A DNA stretch of 64,000 nucleotides from Escherichia coli (GTDB lineage: Bacteria > Pseudomonadota > Gammaproteobacteria > Enterobacterales > Enterobacteriaceae). The position numbers and the translations under genes are program-made. Of this stretch, positions 1-13,299 are shown piece by piece. Each line of letters opens with the position of its first letter. Positions within the stretch are counted from its first letter, which is position 1. The DNA lies in the NCBI RefSeq assembly GCF_024298765.1, contig NZ_CP101210.1. One strand, 5' to 3'. Under the pieces are notes generated by a model, which saw only the letters and a program-made list of their open reading frames with translations, was not told the DNA's origin and made no database searches.

Positions 1-1308
<1,308 letters not shown>

Positions 1309-1312
1309 CCCT

Positions 1313-1334
1313 GACGGCCTCTGCGGAGGCCGTC
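1313..1334. terminator. Putative bidirectional hairpin between convergent pntB and tqsA
   Basis: Inverted repeat GACGGCCTC-tgcg-GAGGCCGTC immediately after the pntB stop, followed by a T-rich stretch. Confidence 0.45.
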
Positions 1335-2367
1335 ACTCTTTATTGAGATCGCTTAACAGAACGGCGATGCTTTGACCTCCCGCTGTTTGTTCAAGCGCAA
1401 TTTTGACAATAATTGTCAACGGCACGGAAAGCAGCATACCCACCGGTCCTAACAACCATCCCCAAAAAATCAACGACAAAAATACCACCAATGTCGAAAG
1501 CCCCAGCCCACGTCCCATGATGCGCGGCTCCAGAATATTGCCGAAGACCAGATTAATCAGCAGATATCCCGCCAGCACCAGCAACGCTTCGTAGAAGCCA
1601 TTAAACACCAGTACCTGAGCAATAGGGGGGATTGCCGCGAGAACTGAACCAATATTCGGGATGTAATTAAGCGCAAAGGCCAGCAATCCCCAGACAAAAG
1701 CGAAGCGAACATCGAGTGCGGCGAGCATCGCCCATGCGACCAGGCCGGTGATGATGCTGATGGCTGTTTTCAGCACCAGATAATGAGACACACTGTCAAT
1801 CGCACGCTGAATCGCCGCCATCCCTTCAACCGGACGCGCCATCATTTGCTGAAATTTCCCGGGCAATTGTGGCACTTCGAGCAGCATAAACAGCACCGTC
1901 AGCAGCAATAAAAAGATTGATGACATGGCATTAGATAACTGCGTCAATAAGTTGGTGAGCAACGTCATCGCCGCGTTCGGATCAATGTAATGCGCCAGTT
2001 GGTCAACTGAGACATCAATCCCTACGCGTTGCAACAACGGTTCAATCGCTTTCAGTGGCGTCATAATAGAGTTGCGATATTGCGGTAACGTCCGCGTCAA
2101 CTCATTGAGCGCGGAACCCAGATAAGCTAACAGCAACACCATCGCCATCACGATGATGGTCATCAAAATTGACACTGCCAGTACACGCGGCACACGCCAG
2201 CGGACCATGTGTTGCACCAGCGGGTTAAGAATAACAGCAATAAATAATGCGAGAATAAACGGCACGATGATCTCGGCGGCAAAACGGATACCGCAGAGAA
2301 TAATGACCAGCATTCCCAACATAATGACGATTTTTAGGCCATTGAGCGTGATGATCGGCTTTGCCAT
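1333..2367 (-). CDS. tqsA: AI-2 exporter family membrane protein (344 aa)
   Basis: 344-aa hydrophobic ORF; length and position next to pntB match recalled TqsA (YdgG). Confidence 0.88.
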   Translation of the reverse strand: MAKPIITLNGLKIVIMLGMLVIILCGIRFAAEIIVPFILALFIAVILNPLVQHMVRWRVPRVLAVSILMTIIVMAMVLLLAYLGSALNELTRTLPQYRNSIMTPLKAIEPLLQRVGIDVSVDQLAHYIDPNAAMTLLTNLLTQLSNAMSSIFLLLLTVLFMLLEVPQLPGKFQQMMARPVEGMAAIQRAIDSVSHYLVLKTAISIITGLVAWAMLAALDVRFAFVWGLLAFALNYIPNIGSVLAAIPPIAQVLVFNGFYEALLVLAGYLLINLVFGNILEPRIMGRGLGLSTLVVFLSLIFWGWLLGPVGMLLSVPLTIIVKIALEQTAGGQSIAVLLSDLNKE

Positions 2368-2777
2368 GCTTGTCCCCGTTTTTTCTTCCTTGGCTAATAA
2401 TAATGTCTTTTTCGCTCCGTCATCATAACGAAAATCAAACCGCTCAGGTAAAGAAGTGAAAATATTTTGAGTTAATTCTTAAGCTATGATACAAATCAGG
2501 CGTGTTCAACTACCGAGGACAATTATCATCCGCGATGACGAGAAGCAACACTGCGGATAATTGTAATATTATGGACAATTTGTTCAGGACGTTATTTTCT
2601 ACATTTACCCATCTTCGTACCTCATCCACTATCTTGCTCGTAGGTGAGCAGCACTGGCGCAACGCGCTTTAGTCCTTTCTTCTGCCAAAACTTGCGCTAA
2701 GCGCGGGCTTGACCACTTTACTTTGGTTTCGCTGAATTAAGCGAAAATTAAAATAATTCTCTTGCAGGAGAAGGGCA

Positions 2778-3143
2778 ATGTATATTTATTGGATTTTATT
2801 AGGTCTGGCTATTGCTACAGAAATTACCGGTACGCTGTCCATGAAATGGGCGAGCGTCAGTGAGGGAAATGGCGGCTTTATTTTAATGCTGGTGATGATT
2901 TCTCTGTCGTATATATTTCTCTCTTTCGCCGTTAAAAAGATCGCCTTAGGCGTAGCTTATGCGCTGTGGGAAGGTATCGGTATTTTATTTATTACCTTGT
3001 TTAGCGTTTTGTTATTCGACGAAAGTTTATCTCTGATGAAAATTGCCGGGTTAACCACCCTGGTCGCCGGGATTGTGTTGATCAAATCAGGTACCCGTAA
3101 AGCGCGTAAACCTGAACTGGAGGTGAACCATGGCGCAGTTTGA
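2778..3143 (+). CDS. mdtJ: SMR-family spermidine exporter subunit (121 aa)
   Basis: 121-aa four-helix small multidrug resistance-like ORF; 14-nt overlap with the next SMR gene as expected for mdtJI. Confidence 0.9.
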
Positions 3144-3459
3144 ATGGGTTCACGCCGCCTGGCTGGCATTGGCAATCGTGCTGGAAATCGTTGCTAACGT
3201 CTTTTTGAAATTTTCTGACGGCTTTCGTCGCAAAATATTTGGCTTGCTCTCTCTGGCGGCGGTGCTGGCTGCCTTTAGTGCGCTTTCTCAGGCCGTTAAA
3301 GGGATCGACTTGTCTGTCGCTTATGCATTGTGGGGCGGATTTGGTATTGCCGCCACGTTAGCCGCAGGTTGGATCTTGTTTGGTCAACGGTTAAATCGTA
3401 AAGGCTGGATTGGCCTGGTGCTGCTGTTGGCTGGAATGATCATGGTGAAACTTGCCTGA
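3130..3459 (+). CDS. mdtI: SMR-family spermidine exporter subunit (109 aa)
   Basis: 109-aa SMR-like ORF translationally coupled to mdtJ. Confidence 0.9.
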
Positions 3460-3497
3460 TGAACACGCTGCCCGCGCTGTCGGGCAGCGTTTGAACA

Positions 3498-4319
3498 TTA
3501 TTTTTGCGACAGTTGATCCAGCTTGTCGCGAAAACCAGTAACAGAAATGGCCCGGTTATCGGCGCGCCAGCGATCTTTCGCGGCAGGAGCCGAACTTTGC
3601 ACCCCAATTAATTGCCAGCCGTCATCGGTATGCAACATCAGAGGCGAACCGCTGTCACCCGGCAAGGTATCGCACTGATGCGACATCACCGACGTTTGCG
3701 CCCAGCCAGTCACTTCACAGTTTTGATGACTGTACAACGTATCGAGATGATCTTCAGGGTATCCCGCCTGAGTCACTTTACGACCTGCCGCTTTTAATGC
3801 GGCGGTAAGCGTGGCTTTATCTCCCTCAAATAACGGCAATGGTGTAATGCCAGAAGGGGGATTACGTAGCACAATCAAACCGAAGTCCCACGGCGCAGCT
3901 GCGGGAGGAACAATCCAACCATCCCCATCTGCTTTTAACCGCTTTCCCAGTGTCGGATCAACGCGGCCTTCTATGTCGTGGATCTCATAGCGCCAAAGAC
4001 CTTTATTTGACACGAAACGCAGCGCTACCGCTTTATCGGCTTTACCCTTTGGCGGCGTCAATAAACAGTGTCCTGCCGTTAATGCCAGATTGGGTGCAAT
4101 CAGCGTCGCTGTACATAAATTGCCGCTGGCCGTTTCCAGTTGGCCAACCGCATCCCACGGTGATTGGGTCGTGTCATTCACTGGCACACGATCATCATGA
4201 CCAAAAAACAGGGTGCTGACCTCATCGTTTGCCGATTTGGCAACGTCTGGTTTATCTGCAAACACAAAAGCAGACGTCAAACTAATTGCACCCAACACTA
4301 CAGCAATGGTTCTACGCAT
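3498..4319 (-). CDS. ydgD: Secreted trypsin-like serine protease (273 aa)
   Basis: N-terminal signal peptide; TAGHC and GDSGSP motifs typical of the chymotrypsin fold. Confidence 0.85.
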   Translation of the reverse strand: MRRTIAVVLGAISLTSAFVFADKPDVAKSANDEVSTLFFGHDDRVPVNDTTQSPWDAVGQLETASGNLCTATLIAPNLALTAGHCLLTPPKGKADKAVALRFVSNKGLWRYEIHDIEGRVDPTLGKRLKADGDGWIVPPAAAPWDFGLIVLRNPPSGITPLPLFEGDKATLTAALKAAGRKVTQAGYPEDHLDTLYSHQNCEVTGWAQTSVMSHQCDTLPGDSGSPLMLHTDDGWQLIGVQSSAPAAKDRWRADNRAISVTGFRDKLDQLSQK

Positions 4320-4594
4320 ATCACACTCTGGTGGGTAATTATGATTATTAAAAGCAAACCCTCATAAATACTATAGACGGGACGGGATGAAAGTGGGAGT
4401 AAAATCAGATAACTACGATCAGGAAAGATAAAAACGGGCGGCAATCAGTGCGCATAAAATAAGGATGATAAGAATGAACTCAAAGCGATAACGGCCCACC
4501 ATACTACCCTCCGCTAAAGGCGGTGCTAAACGTTACCCGTTTAGCACCGTAATTTTCAGGCGCGAGGGGGCGCGCCAGCATTACTGTTGAAAAC

Positions 4595-4903
4595 TTACGC
4601 TGCGGGTTGTGCAGCAGGTTTTGCCGGTTGCTGATGGCTGTGTTTCTTGGCGTGTTTCTTCGCTGCCTGCGCTTTTTGTTCAGGAGCTTTCTGTTCAGCT
4701 TTGGCATTTTTATGATGCTTTTTAGCCGCCTGCGCTTTCTGGGCAGGTGCTGCTTTATGCTGTTTTTTATGATGTGTGGTTTTCGCAGGCGCTGCTTTGG
4801 TGGTCGTCGCAGTCGGAGCAGGTGTGGTCGCAGTCTCTGCAGCAAAGGCAGCAGAAGACAGACCCATAGCAGCGGCAACAACCAGAGCTAATACTTTTTT
4901 CAT
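4595..4903 (-). CDS. asr: Acid shock protein (102 aa from third in-frame Met)
   Basis: Signal peptide [21 protein letters not shown] followed by Lys/Ala/His-rich repeats; the ORF extends nine codons further upstream to 4930. Confidence 0.85.
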   Translation of the reverse strand: MKKVLALVVAAAMGLSSAAFAAETATTPAPTATTTKAAPAKTTHHKKQHKAAPAQKAQAAKKHHKNAKAEQKAPEQKAQAAKKHAKKHSHQQPAKPAAQPAA

Positions 4904-5327
4904 TGTCATACCCTCAATTTGTTTTTTCATTTAACCCCACTGCGGGGCCGTTGAAATAACTATATCCCTGGGAATGGCAGACTTCCGTGAGTGGTTGGTT
5001 TCAGCGTGTAACGATATGTACAAACGCTGAATAAATTACAGCGTTGATAATAACGTATTGTGACTTAAGGAAAATTCATCTACCAATAATAGTAGTCTTG
5101 ATCGTGTTAACTATTTTACTACTTACAAAGCGGTAGAATAACTGCGCATCAGTAATAAATGACACACAGCAAAATGAATCCGTTTATTTGGGTACTTATA
5201 ATCCTGATGACACTAGATGCGCTGCGGGAATTGGCTGGCGCTTCGTCTATTTTAGGATGGCTATTAACGTTGGTTTGAGCAGGCAATAAGTCCGGACGGG
5301 TATTTACCTCAGTCCGGACTTATTTTT

Positions 5328-6581
5328 TCAGGCGTGCAGACGATGATGCAAACGCGTCCCGACCAGCAGAGCAATGACCAGCATCAGAGCAATAAATGCG
5401 CCGACGCCGTTCCAGCCATAGTTATGCCAGAAAACACCACCCAGCGTCCCGGCAATACTCGACCCCAGATAGTAACTGAACAGATACAGCGAGGAGGCCT
5501 GGCCTTTAGCGCGTTTTGCGCGGGGGCCGATCCAGCTGCTGGCTACTGAGTGGGCTGCGAAGAATCCGGCTGAGAAGAGTAACATTCCGGCAAAGATCAG
5601 CCACAGCGAGCTAAATAAGGTCATCAGTAAACCAAACAGCATAACCCCCGTCGAAAACAACATCACCGGACCGCGCCCATAGCGGGTGGTCATGGTTCCG
5701 GCTTTGGGTGAGCTCCATGTACCGGTCAAATAAGCCAGCGATAATAAGCCAACCACGGCCTGGCTGACATGCCAGGGGGAGAGCATCAACCGATAGCCGA
5801 CGTAATTAAACAGCGTGACGAACGACCCCATCAGCAAAAAGCCTTCTGCGAACAATAACGGTAATCCCCGGTCACGCCAGTGCAGACGAAAGTTGATGAA
5901 TAACGTCTTAGGGCGCAGTGAAGTCGGGCGAAAATGGCGTGATTCAGGGAGGATTTTCCAGAACATTAACGCCGAGGCCAGCGCGAAACAACCGATTGCC
6001 GCCAGCGCAATTCGCCAGTTGAAAAAGTCCGTGAAGACACCGCTAATTAAGCGTCCGCTCATGCCGCCAATTGAGTTGCCGCTGATATACAACCCCATCG
6101 AAAAGGCCACGAAACTGGGGTGGATTTCCTCGCTAAGATAAGTCATGCCAACAGCTGCTACGCCACTTAACGAAAGCCCAATCAAGGCGCGCATAATCAA
6201 AATGCCGTGCCAGCTGGTCATCATTGTCGAAAGTAACGTACAAATGGAGGCCAACAGTAGCGCCGTGACCATCACTGGTTTGCGACCAATGGCATCGGAT
6301 AACGGGCCAGTAAACAGCAAACCGATAGCCAACATCGCCGTGGAAATGGACAGTGAAATACTACTGTTCGCGGGCGTTAAGCCAAACTCCTGCGAAAGCA
6401 CCGGAAGGATAGGTTGCACACAATAGAGAAGTGCGAAGGTTGCCAGTCCGGCAGAGAACAGCGCCAGGGTGACGCGCATAAATTGCGGCGTACCGCGTTT
6501 AATAAATTGATTTGGCTGAGAAATGCTTTGCTTGTCAGTGTCGCTTGCCGGAGCGCCATCAACAGTTGTAGTACGGCTCAC
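5328..6581 (-). CDS. ynfM: MFS transporter (417 aa)
   Basis: 417-aa multi-helix ORF; synteny with ynfL. Confidence 0.85.
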   Translation of the reverse strand: MSRTTTVDGAPASDTDKQSISQPNQFIKRGTPQFMRVTLALFSAGLATFALLYCVQPILPVLSQEFGLTPANSSISLSISTAMLAIGLLFTGPLSDAIGRKPVMVTALLLASICTLLSTMMTSWHGILIMRALIGLSLSGVAAVGMTYLSEEIHPSFVAFSMGLYISGNSIGGMSGRLISGVFTDFFNWRIALAAIGCFALASALMFWKILPESRHFRPTSLRPKTLFINFRLHWRDRGLPLLFAEGFLLMGSFVTLFNYVGYRLMLSPWHVSQAVVGLLSLAYLTGTWSSPKAGTMTTRYGRGPVMLFSTGVMLFGLLMTLFSSLWLIFAGMLLFSAGFFAAHSVASSWIGPRAKRAKGQASSLYLFSYYLGSSIAGTLGGVFWHNYGWNGVGAFIALMLVIALLVGTRLHHRLHA

Positions 6582-6687
6582 TTGAAATCCTTGCTAAATA
6601 TGCCTGTGGATCAGGCTTATGAATAGATTAGGAAAATCGAATTGTTCTGTCTAATATATTAATAATCTCAAATAAGATGTTTTAAAT

Positions 6688-7581
6688 ATGAATATTGAAC
6701 TTCGTCATCTGCGTTACTTTGTTGCTGTTGCAGAAGAGCTGCATTTCGGGCGCGCCGCTGCCCGCCTGAATATTTCGCAACCGCCGCTAAGTCAGCAGAT
6801 TCAGGCGCTGGAGCAACAAATTGGTGCCCGACTGCTGGCACGAACTAATCGCAGTGTATTGCTGACGGAAGCAGGAAAACAGTTTCTTGTAGATAGTCGG
6901 CAAATCCTGTCTATGGTGGATGATGCTGCCGCTCGCGCTGAAAGGCTGCATCAGGGCGAAGCGGGGGAGTTGCGCATTGGTTTTACTTCGTCCGCTCCTT
7001 TTATTCGGGCGGTGTCCGATACGTTATCGCTGTTTCGCCGTGATTATCCCGATGTCCATTTACAAACCCGCGAAATGAACACTCGCGAGCAAATCGCTCC
7101 GCTCATTGAAGGAACGCTGGATATGGGATTGCTGCGTAACACAGCGTTACCGGAGACGCTTGAACACGCAGTCATCGTCCATGAACCGCTTATGGCGATG
7201 ATCCCGCACGATCATCCCCTGGCAAATAACCCGAGTGTAACGCTGGCTGAACTGGCGAAAGAACCCTTTGTCTTTTTTGATCCGCACGTAGGGACAGGGC
7301 TGTATGACGATATTCTCGGGCTGATGCGACGTTACAATTTGACGCCCGTCATCACTCAGGAGGTGGGTGAGGCAATGACCATCATCGGTCTGGTTTCCGC
7401 TGGTCTGGGTGTTTCAATTTTGCCTGCGTCATTTAAACGTGTTCAGCTCAACGAAATGCGCTGGGTGCCGATTGCTGAAGAGGATGCGGTTTCTGAAATG
7501 TGGTTGGTCTGGCCGAAACACCATGAACAAAGTCCGGCTGCGCGTAACTTTCGTATTCATCTGCTGAATGCTCTCAGGTGA
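6688..7581 (+). CDS. ynfL: LysR-family transcriptional regulator (297 aa)
   Basis: N-terminal LysR HTH (MNIELRHLRYFVAVAEELHFGRAAARLNISQPPLSQQIQALE); divergent from ynfM. Confidence 0.88.
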   Translation: MNIELRHLRYFVAVAEELHFGRAAARLNISQPPLSQQIQALEQQIGARLLARTNRSVLLTEAGKQFLVDSRQILSMVDDAAARAERLHQGEAGELRIGFTSSAPFIRAVSDTLSLFRRDYPDVHLQTREMNTREQIAPLIEGTLDMGLLRNTALPETLEHAVIVHEPLMAMIPHDHPLANNPSVTLAELAKEPFVFFDPHVGTGLYDDILGLMRRYNLTPVITQEVGEAMTIIGLVSAGLGVSILPASFKRVQLNEMRWVPIAEEDAVSEMWLVWPKHHEQSPAARNFRIHLLNALR

Positions 7582-7715
7582 GGGAAATTTCAGCGAAAAA
7601 GCCCGAAAAATGTGCTGTTAATCACATGCCTAAGTAAAAATTTGACGACACGTATTGAAGTGCTTCACCATAGCCTACAGATTATTTCGGAGCGCGAAAA
7701 TATAGGGAGTATGCG

Positions 7716-8936
7716 GTGGTTGCTGAAAATCAGCCTGGGCACATTGATCAAATAAAGCAGACCAACGCGGGCGCGGTTTATCGCCTGATTGATCAGCTTG
7801 GTCCAGTCTCGCGTATCGATCTTTCCCGTCTGGCGCAGCTGGCTCCTGCCAGTATCACTAAAATTGTCCGTGAGATGCTCGAAGCACACCTGGTGCAAGA
7901 GCTGGAAATCAAAGAAGCGGGGAACCGTGGCCGTCCGGCAGTGGGGCTGGTGGTTGAAACTGAAGCCTGGCACTATCTTTCTCTGCGCATTAGTCGCGGG
8001 GAGATTTTCCTTGCTTTGCGCGATCTGAGCAGCAAACTGGTAGTGGAGGAGTCGCAGGAACTGGCGTTAAAAGATGACTCGCCATTGCTGGATCGTATCA
8101 TTTCCCATATCGATCAGTTTTTTATCCGCCACCAGAAAAAACTTGAGCGTCTGACTTCGATTGCCATAACCTTGCCGGGAATTATTGATACGGAAAATGG
8201 TATTGTACATCGCATGCCGTTCTACGAGGATGTAAAAGAGATGCCGCTCGGCGAGGCGCTGGAGCAGCATACCGGCGTACCGGTTTATATTCAGCATGAT
8301 ATCAGCGCATGGACGATGGCTGAGGCCTTGTTTGGTGCCTCACGCGGGGCGCGCGATGTGATTCAGGTGGTTATCGATCACAACGTGGGGGCGGGCGTCA
8401 TTACCGATGGTCATCTGCTACACGCAGGCAGCAGTAGCCTCGTGGAAATAGGTCACACGCAGGTCGACCCGTATGGGAAACGCTGTTATTGCGGGAATCA
8501 CGGCTGCCTCGAAACCATCGCCAGTGTGGACAGTATTCTTGAGCTGGCACAGCTGCGTCTCAATCAATCCATGAGCTCGATGTTACATGGACAGCCGTTA
8601 ACCGTGGATTCATTGTGTCAGGCGGCATTGCGCGGCGATCTACTGGCAAAAGACATCATTACCGGGGTGGGCGCGCATGTAGGGCGCATTCTTGCCATCA
8701 TGGTGAATTTATTTAACCCACAAAAAATACTGATTGGCTCACCGTTAAGTAAAGCGGCAGATATCCTCTTCCCGGTCATCTCGGACAGCATCCGTCAGCA
8801 GGCCCTTCCTGCGTATAGTCAGCACATTAGCGTTGAGAGTACTCAGTTTTCTAACCAGGGTTCGATGGCAGGGGCTGCGCTGGTAAAAGACGCGATGTAT
8901 AACGGTTCTTTGTTGATTCGTCTGTTGCAGGGTTAA
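7716..8936 (+). CDS. mlc: ROK-family global repressor Mlc (406 aa), GTG start
   Basis: 406-aa ROK-family ORF with the CxCGxxGC zinc motif (CYCGNHGCLE); GTG start at 7716. Confidence 0.93.
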   Translation: MVAENQPGHIDQIKQTNAGAVYRLIDQLGPVSRIDLSRLAQLAPASITKIVREMLEAHLVQELEIKEAGNRGRPAVGLVVETEAWHYLSLRISRGEIFLALRDLSSKLVVEESQELALKDDSPLLDRIISHIDQFFIRHQKKLERLTSIAITLPGIIDTENGIVHRMPFYEDVKEMPLGEALEQHTGVPVYIQHDISAWTMAEALFGASRGARDVIQVVIDHNVGAGVITDGHLLHAGSSSLVEIGHTQVDPYGKRCYCGNHGCLETIASVDSILELAQLRLNQSMSSMLHGQPLTVDSLCQAALRGDLLAKDIITGVGAHVGRILAIMVNLFNPQKILIGSPLSKAADILFPVISDSIRQQALPAYSQHISVESTQFSNQGSMAGAALVKDAMYNGSLLIRLLQG

Positions 8937-9060
8937 CATTTTTTAACTGTTCTACCAAAATTTGCGCTATCTCAATTTGGGCCAGGAAAGCATAACTTAG
9001 ACTTTCAAGGTTAATTATTTTCCTGGTTTATATTTGTGAAGCATAACGGTGGAGTTAGTG

Positions 9061-9756
9061 ATGCTGAAGCGTTTCTTTATTACCGGTACAGACACTTCTG
9101 TAGGGAAAACGGTGGTTTCCCGCGCATTGCTACAAGCGTTAGCCTCCCAGGGAAAAACGGTTGCGGGATATAAACCCGTAGCGAAGGGGAGCAAAGAGAC
9201 ACCCGAAGGGCTGCGTAATAAAGATGCCCTGGTGTTGCAGAGTGTTTCAACCATCGAACTGCCTTATGAAGCAGTTAATCCTATCGCGTTAAGCGAAGAA
9301 GAAAGTAGCGTGGCGCACAGTTGCCCAATCAATTACACCCTCATTTCAAACGGCCTGGCAAACCTGACCGATAAAGTCGATCATGTCGTGGTAGAAGGGA
9401 CTGGCGGCTGGCGCAGTCTGATGAATGATTTGCGTCCGCTCTCTGAATGGGTGGTGCAGGAACAACTGCCGGTATTGATGGTTGTCGGTATTCAGGAAGG
9501 TTGCATTAACCATGCACTACTAACAGCTCAGGCGATTGCCAACGACGGGCTGCCGCTCATTGGCTGGGTGGCTAACCGAATCAATCCAGGACTGGCGCAT
9601 TATGCGGAAATCATTGATGTGCTCGGTAAAAAACTTCCGGCACCGCTCATTGGTGAACTGCCTTATCTGCCGCGCGCCGAACAGCGTGAACTGGGGCAAT
9701 ACATCCGCTTAGCTATGCTTCGCAGTGTGCTGGCGGTAGATAGAGTCACGGTGTAA
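9061..9756 (+). CDS. ynfK: Dethiobiotin synthetase paralogue (231 aa)
   Basis: [18 protein letters not shown]-loop typical of BioD; ATG at 9061 preceded by GGAG; the ORF track begins at an upstream GTG. Confidence 0.85.
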   Translation: MLKRFFITGTDTSVGKTVVSRALLQALASQGKTVAGYKPVAKGSKETPEGLRNKDALVLQSVSTIELPYEAVNPIALSEEESSVAHSCPINYTLISNGLANLTDKVDHVVVEGTGGWRSLMNDLRPLSEWVVQEQLPVLMVVGIQEGCINHALLTAQAIANDGLPLIGWVANRINPGLAHYAEIIDVLGKKLPAPLIGELPYLPRAEQRELGQYIRLAMLRSVLAVDRVTV

Positions 9757-10965
9757 CGTCCGCGAAATTACCGACGCAATTACGCAGGCAATCAATAAAC
9801 CGGGGAGTAGCTGATACTCCCCGGTCATTTCACATATCATCAACGTCGACATAATCGGCGCGTGCGTGGTTGCCGCCAACAGTGTCGCCATCCCGGTCAA
9901 TCCGAGTAAAAGCGTAATTTCTTCGCCATCAGGGAACCATAATCCCAGGCTACGACCATACAACATGCCAATGGCAAGACCGATAAATAGCGTCGGTGTA
10001 AAGACACCACCGGGCGCGCCAGAACCACTACTCGCCAGCACGGCAAACAGTTTACAGAGGAAGATCCCGGCAATGATCATTAACAGTGGCGGGGCGGTTA
10101 AAAAGGATTGTACGGTGCTATAGCCGTTGCCCCACACTGCAGGTGTGAACAGGGAAAGCAGACCCACGATCAACCCGCCCAGTGCCAGTTGCCAGGGCGG
10201 CGCAAGTTTGAGACTTACAAATCCACGATGACAGGCGTTCATCAACGTTAACAACAGTGGTCCGCACAGACCTGCCAGCACACCTGTACTGATAATCAGC
10301 GCATAGTCACGAGCCTGAACCGTCACTGAGAGTTGTACGCTGTAGAGTAACGCGTCGCTATGATTAATCAGATTGCTAACCAGCAACGCCACGACGGCGG
10401 AAATAATCACCGGGCCGAGAGAGGCCAACATCATAGTGCCAAACAGCACTTCGGCTATAAATAAACTGCCAGCAAGCGGGGCGCGATAGGCCGCAGCCAT
10501 TCCCGCCGCAGCTCCACAGGCGATCCATAATTTCCACTCCTGGCGTGGCGTAAAACGTTGCGCAAAACAGGAGGCGGCAAGGGCAGCTAAAAGAATCATC
10601 GCACCTTCGCGACCAATTGCACTGCCGCTGGTTACTACCAGCAGCGAGGCAAGGGATTTAACCAGGCTTGCTGCGTAATCAAACTGCCCATCGGTTTGCA
10701 ACGCTTCCATGTAATCGGTCGGCGCATGAGGGCGTTGCTGGGTAAATTTCTGCCAGCCCATCAGCAACAAACCCGCCGCCAGTCCGCCGAGCGCCGGAGT
10801 TAGCAGCCGTCGCCAGGGGGAAAGATTTGTCGCTGCATTGACCAGACTGCCGGAGTCATTATTGAGGAACAACCACTCCAGTAGCAGCATTGCATGACGA
10901 AACCCGGCAACGGCAAAGGCCGCAAGAATACCGACGACTGTTGCGATAAGCAGACGGCGGAACAT
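9709..10965 (-). CDS. clcB: ClC-family voltage-gated chloride channel (418 aa)
   Basis: Multi-helix ClC-like ORF; start placed at Met21 of the track ORF ([12 protein letters not shown]) to give the expected 418 aa. Confidence 0.83.
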   Translation of the reverse strand: MFRRLLIATVVGILAAFAVAGFRHAMLLLEWLFLNNDSGSLVNAATNLSPWRRLLTPALGGLAAGLLLMGWQKFTQQRPHAPTDYMEALQTDGQFDYAASLVKSLASLLVVTSGSAIGREGAMILLAALAASCFAQRFTPRQEWKLWIACGAAAGMAAAYRAPLAGSLFIAEVLFGTMMLASLGPVIISAVVALLVSNLINHSDALLYSVQLSVTVQARDYALIISTGVLAGLCGPLLLTLMNACHRGFVSLKLAPPWQLALGGLIVGLLSLFTPAVWGNGYSTVQSFLTAPPLLMIIAGIFLCKLFAVLASSGSGAPGGVFTPTLFIGLAIGMLYGRSLGLWFPDGEEITLLLGLTGMATLLAATTHAPIMSTLMICEMTGEYQLLPGLLIACVIASVISRTLHRDSIYRQHTAKHS

Positions 10966-11158
10966 AGTGCGCAGATCCGGATAGATGTGTAGATGATGCA
11001 TGAGCAGAAATGGGCAATGAAACACGGGCGACTATTTTGCGGCAAAAGAGGCCAGCCGCAAAAGCAGTGCGTGCTTTAAGAGATAAAAAACGTGACACTG
11101 TAACCTATTATTGCCGAATTGCGCGTAATCGCCACCATCCGGCAATATTACGGTGATC

Positions 11159-11773
11159 CTATCGAAAGAGTGGTTTAACCGCGACAGGAATCAACAGTTG
11201 TGATTGCCATTGCGCCAGCGTTAAGCGAGCCAGTTCCCCCAGTGCACGGTAGAAAGGGTGTTCTGCTTTTTCGATAAAAACGTCAAGAAATCGTGTTGAC
11301 CACGGAAAAAGGTGCCATGCCAGCAATTCTTCGCATTCTGTCTGGCGACCATTCTCCGCCAACCACGCAGCCATCAACAGCAGTGAACCAAAATGATCTT
11401 CCGGTTCGTTTTGCTTCATTTCAAACTGAATGCCTTTCTCGCGCATCCACTGACGAAGTGCCAATGTTGAATCGCCAAACAGCACAGATTCGCGATCCAG
11501 CCAGACCGATCCCCACGGCGGAGACGGCAGTGCCCACGGGCCGACAAACAAACGCTGCCAGGCCTGGGCGTGAGTCTCTTCACACTGTGTCTGAAAAGCC
11601 GTCACCAGCGGCGCTAATGACGCTTCTGGTAGAGGCCACTGAGTTTCCCAGCCGTCACGGGTGAGTACCGCAACCAGAGGTGCGGCTTCCGCACTCTCTG
11701 GAGCGTAATAAAACAGCGCGCCCAACACGCGCGCCGCGACAGAAAAATTATCTTGCTGTGAAAAATGGGTCAT
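11159..11773 (-). CDS. dmsD: Tat proofreading chaperone for DMSO reductase (204 aa)
   Basis: MTHFSQQDNFSVAARVLGALFYYAPES N-terminus; lies downstream of ynfEFGH. Confidence 0.9.
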   Translation of the reverse strand: MTHFSQQDNFSVAARVLGALFYYAPESAEAAPLVAVLTRDGWETQWPLPEASLAPLVTAFQTQCEETHAQAWQRLFVGPWALPSPPWGSVWLDRESVLFGDSTLALRQWMREKGIQFEMKQNEPEDHFGSLLLMAAWLAENGRQTECEELLAWHLFPWSTRFLDVFIEKAEHPFYRALGELARLTLAQWQSQLLIPVAVKPLFR

Positions 11774-11815
11774 TCCTAACATCCTGAAATGTGCGGGTTG
11801 CCCCGCACCAATTTG

Positions 11816-12670
11816 TTAACCTGCAATAGCCATTCCTACCGTCATGTGCAGGCCATAAAAGAGCACACGCCCGATCATCTCACCGCCAAGTATGAGGATT
11901 AGCCCCAGAATAAGTCCGGCAACGTGAGGTTCACGGCGACGAATGAGCGGACAAAGCCAGCATCCTAGACCTGTGCATAACAATACCACACGCCAGACCT
12001 GTAAGGAGGCGTAATCTGGTACCAGTGCGCTGGCTTGTTGTACGGATGAGTGAATAGACGCCAGAGACAAACCTTGCAGCACAATCACCCCGGCACAAGC
12101 GATCAGCGCCAGAACGCTAATGATGGCAAATGGTGTGGTATTAAATGTAACGCGGGCTGCCCGCAGAATTGTGGCAGCAAGTATTGGACCGCTCAACAAT
12201 ACTGTCAGGAAGAAAGCCAGCGTAGTGTAACCGTTATACCAGGTTGGCACTGTGTCGATTTGATACACGCAGGTCATCATCCAGACGAAAATGACGCCGA
12301 GCGCCATGCTGACAAGTAACCAGAGTTTCCCCAACGCTTGCGGCATTTTACCGATGACTGCCACCAGCCACCATAATCCGCCAACGGCAAAAAATATGGA
12401 ACCGGCAGCAATCTCGTTACTCAGACCAGAAGCTCCGATTCGATTCAGCGAGTTAAACGCTCGCAGTGGCGATCCCAGGTGCATGACAGAGGCAATAAAC
12501 CCGATGCCCATCAACAGCCAGAGGAAAAACATGCCACGGACAATACGCTGACGGTCTGCGTCATTATTGGCGGCGAACCAGCCAATTCCGCTAACAATCA
12601 GCGCGCCTACTACGCATTGACCCAATACGGTAAAGATAACCAGTGGCCATTCATGCCATCCATTTCCCAT
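11816..12670 (-). CDS. ynfH: DMSO reductase-type membrane anchor subunit (284 aa)
   Basis: Start at internal MGNGWHEWPLVIF; hydrophobic DmsC-like protein; abuts the ynfG stop. Confidence 0.85.
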   Translation of the reverse strand: MGNGWHEWPLVIFTVLGQCVVGALIVSGIGWFAANNDADRQRIVRGMFFLWLLMGIGFIASVMHLGSPLRAFNSLNRIGASGLSNEIAAGSIFFAVGGLWWLVAVIGKMPQALGKLWLLVSMALGVIFVWMMTCVYQIDTVPTWYNGYTTLAFFLTVLLSGPILAATILRAARVTFNTTPFAIISVLALIACAGVIVLQGLSLASIHSSVQQASALVPDYASLQVWRVVLLCTGLGCWLCPLIRRREPHVAGLILGLILILGGEMIGRVLFYGLHMTVGMAIAG

Positions 12671-12671
12671 T

Positions 12672-13289
12672 TTACACTTCCTCCGGATTAGCCAGATAAC
12701 CAGTGGTATCGCCGGTCGGGCGGCTGTTGGCGTTAGGTTTGATAACGATATTGGGTTTTGTGAAATGCGCGCGCGGTAGTGGCGCGACGGCAGCCAGAGT
12801 GCCGTGCTTCTGGCGCAGCTCTTCAATTGGACCGAACTCAAGTGCACGCAGCGGGCAGGATTCGACACATATGGGTTGTTTCCCCTCGGCGACGCGCGAA
12901 TAACAACCATCGCACTTCGTCATGTGTCCTTTTTCAGCATTGTACTGTGGCGCGCCGTACGGACAAGCCATGTGGCAGTAGCGGCAGCCGATACAAACAT
13001 CTTCATCAACCACCACAAAGCCATCTTCACGCTTATGCATTGCGCCGCTGGGGCAGACTTTTGTACATGCGGGGTCATCGCAATGGTTACAGGAGATGGA
13101 GAGATAATAAGCGAACACGTTCTGGTGCCAGACGCCATTATCTTCCTGCCAGTCGCCGCCAGCATATTCATAAATACGGCGGAAACTGACTTCCGGGCCA
13201 AGATCTTTAAAATCTTTGCACGCCAGTTCGCAGGTTTTACAGCCAGTACAGCGGCTGGAATCGATAAAAAATCCATATTGTGTGGTCAT
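12672..13289 (-). CDS. ynfG: DMSO reductase-type 4Fe-4S ferredoxin subunit (205 aa)
   Basis: Four CxxCxxCxxxCP ferredoxin motifs (CTGCKTCELAC, CNHCDDPACTKVCP, CIGCRYCHMACP, CDGCYSRV). Confidence 0.92.
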   Translation of the reverse strand: MTTQYGFFIDSSRCTGCKTCELACKDFKDLGPEVSFRRIYEYAGGDWQEDNGVWHQNVFAYYLSISCNHCDDPACTKVCPSGAMHKREDGFVVVDEDVCIGCRYCHMACPYGAPQYNAEKGHMTKCDGCYSRVAEGKQPICVESCPLRALEFGPIEELRQKHGTLAAVAPLPRAHFTKPNIVIKPNANSRPTGDTTGYLANPEEV

Positions 13290-13299
13290 GGGCTACTCC

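Noticed and set aside
4504-4891. Overlapping ORFs at 4504-4881 (minus) and 4607-4891 (plus) across asr
   Set aside because: The asr frame matches a signal peptide plus the characteristic Lys/Ala/His repeats; the other frames are low-complexity artefacts of the same repeats.
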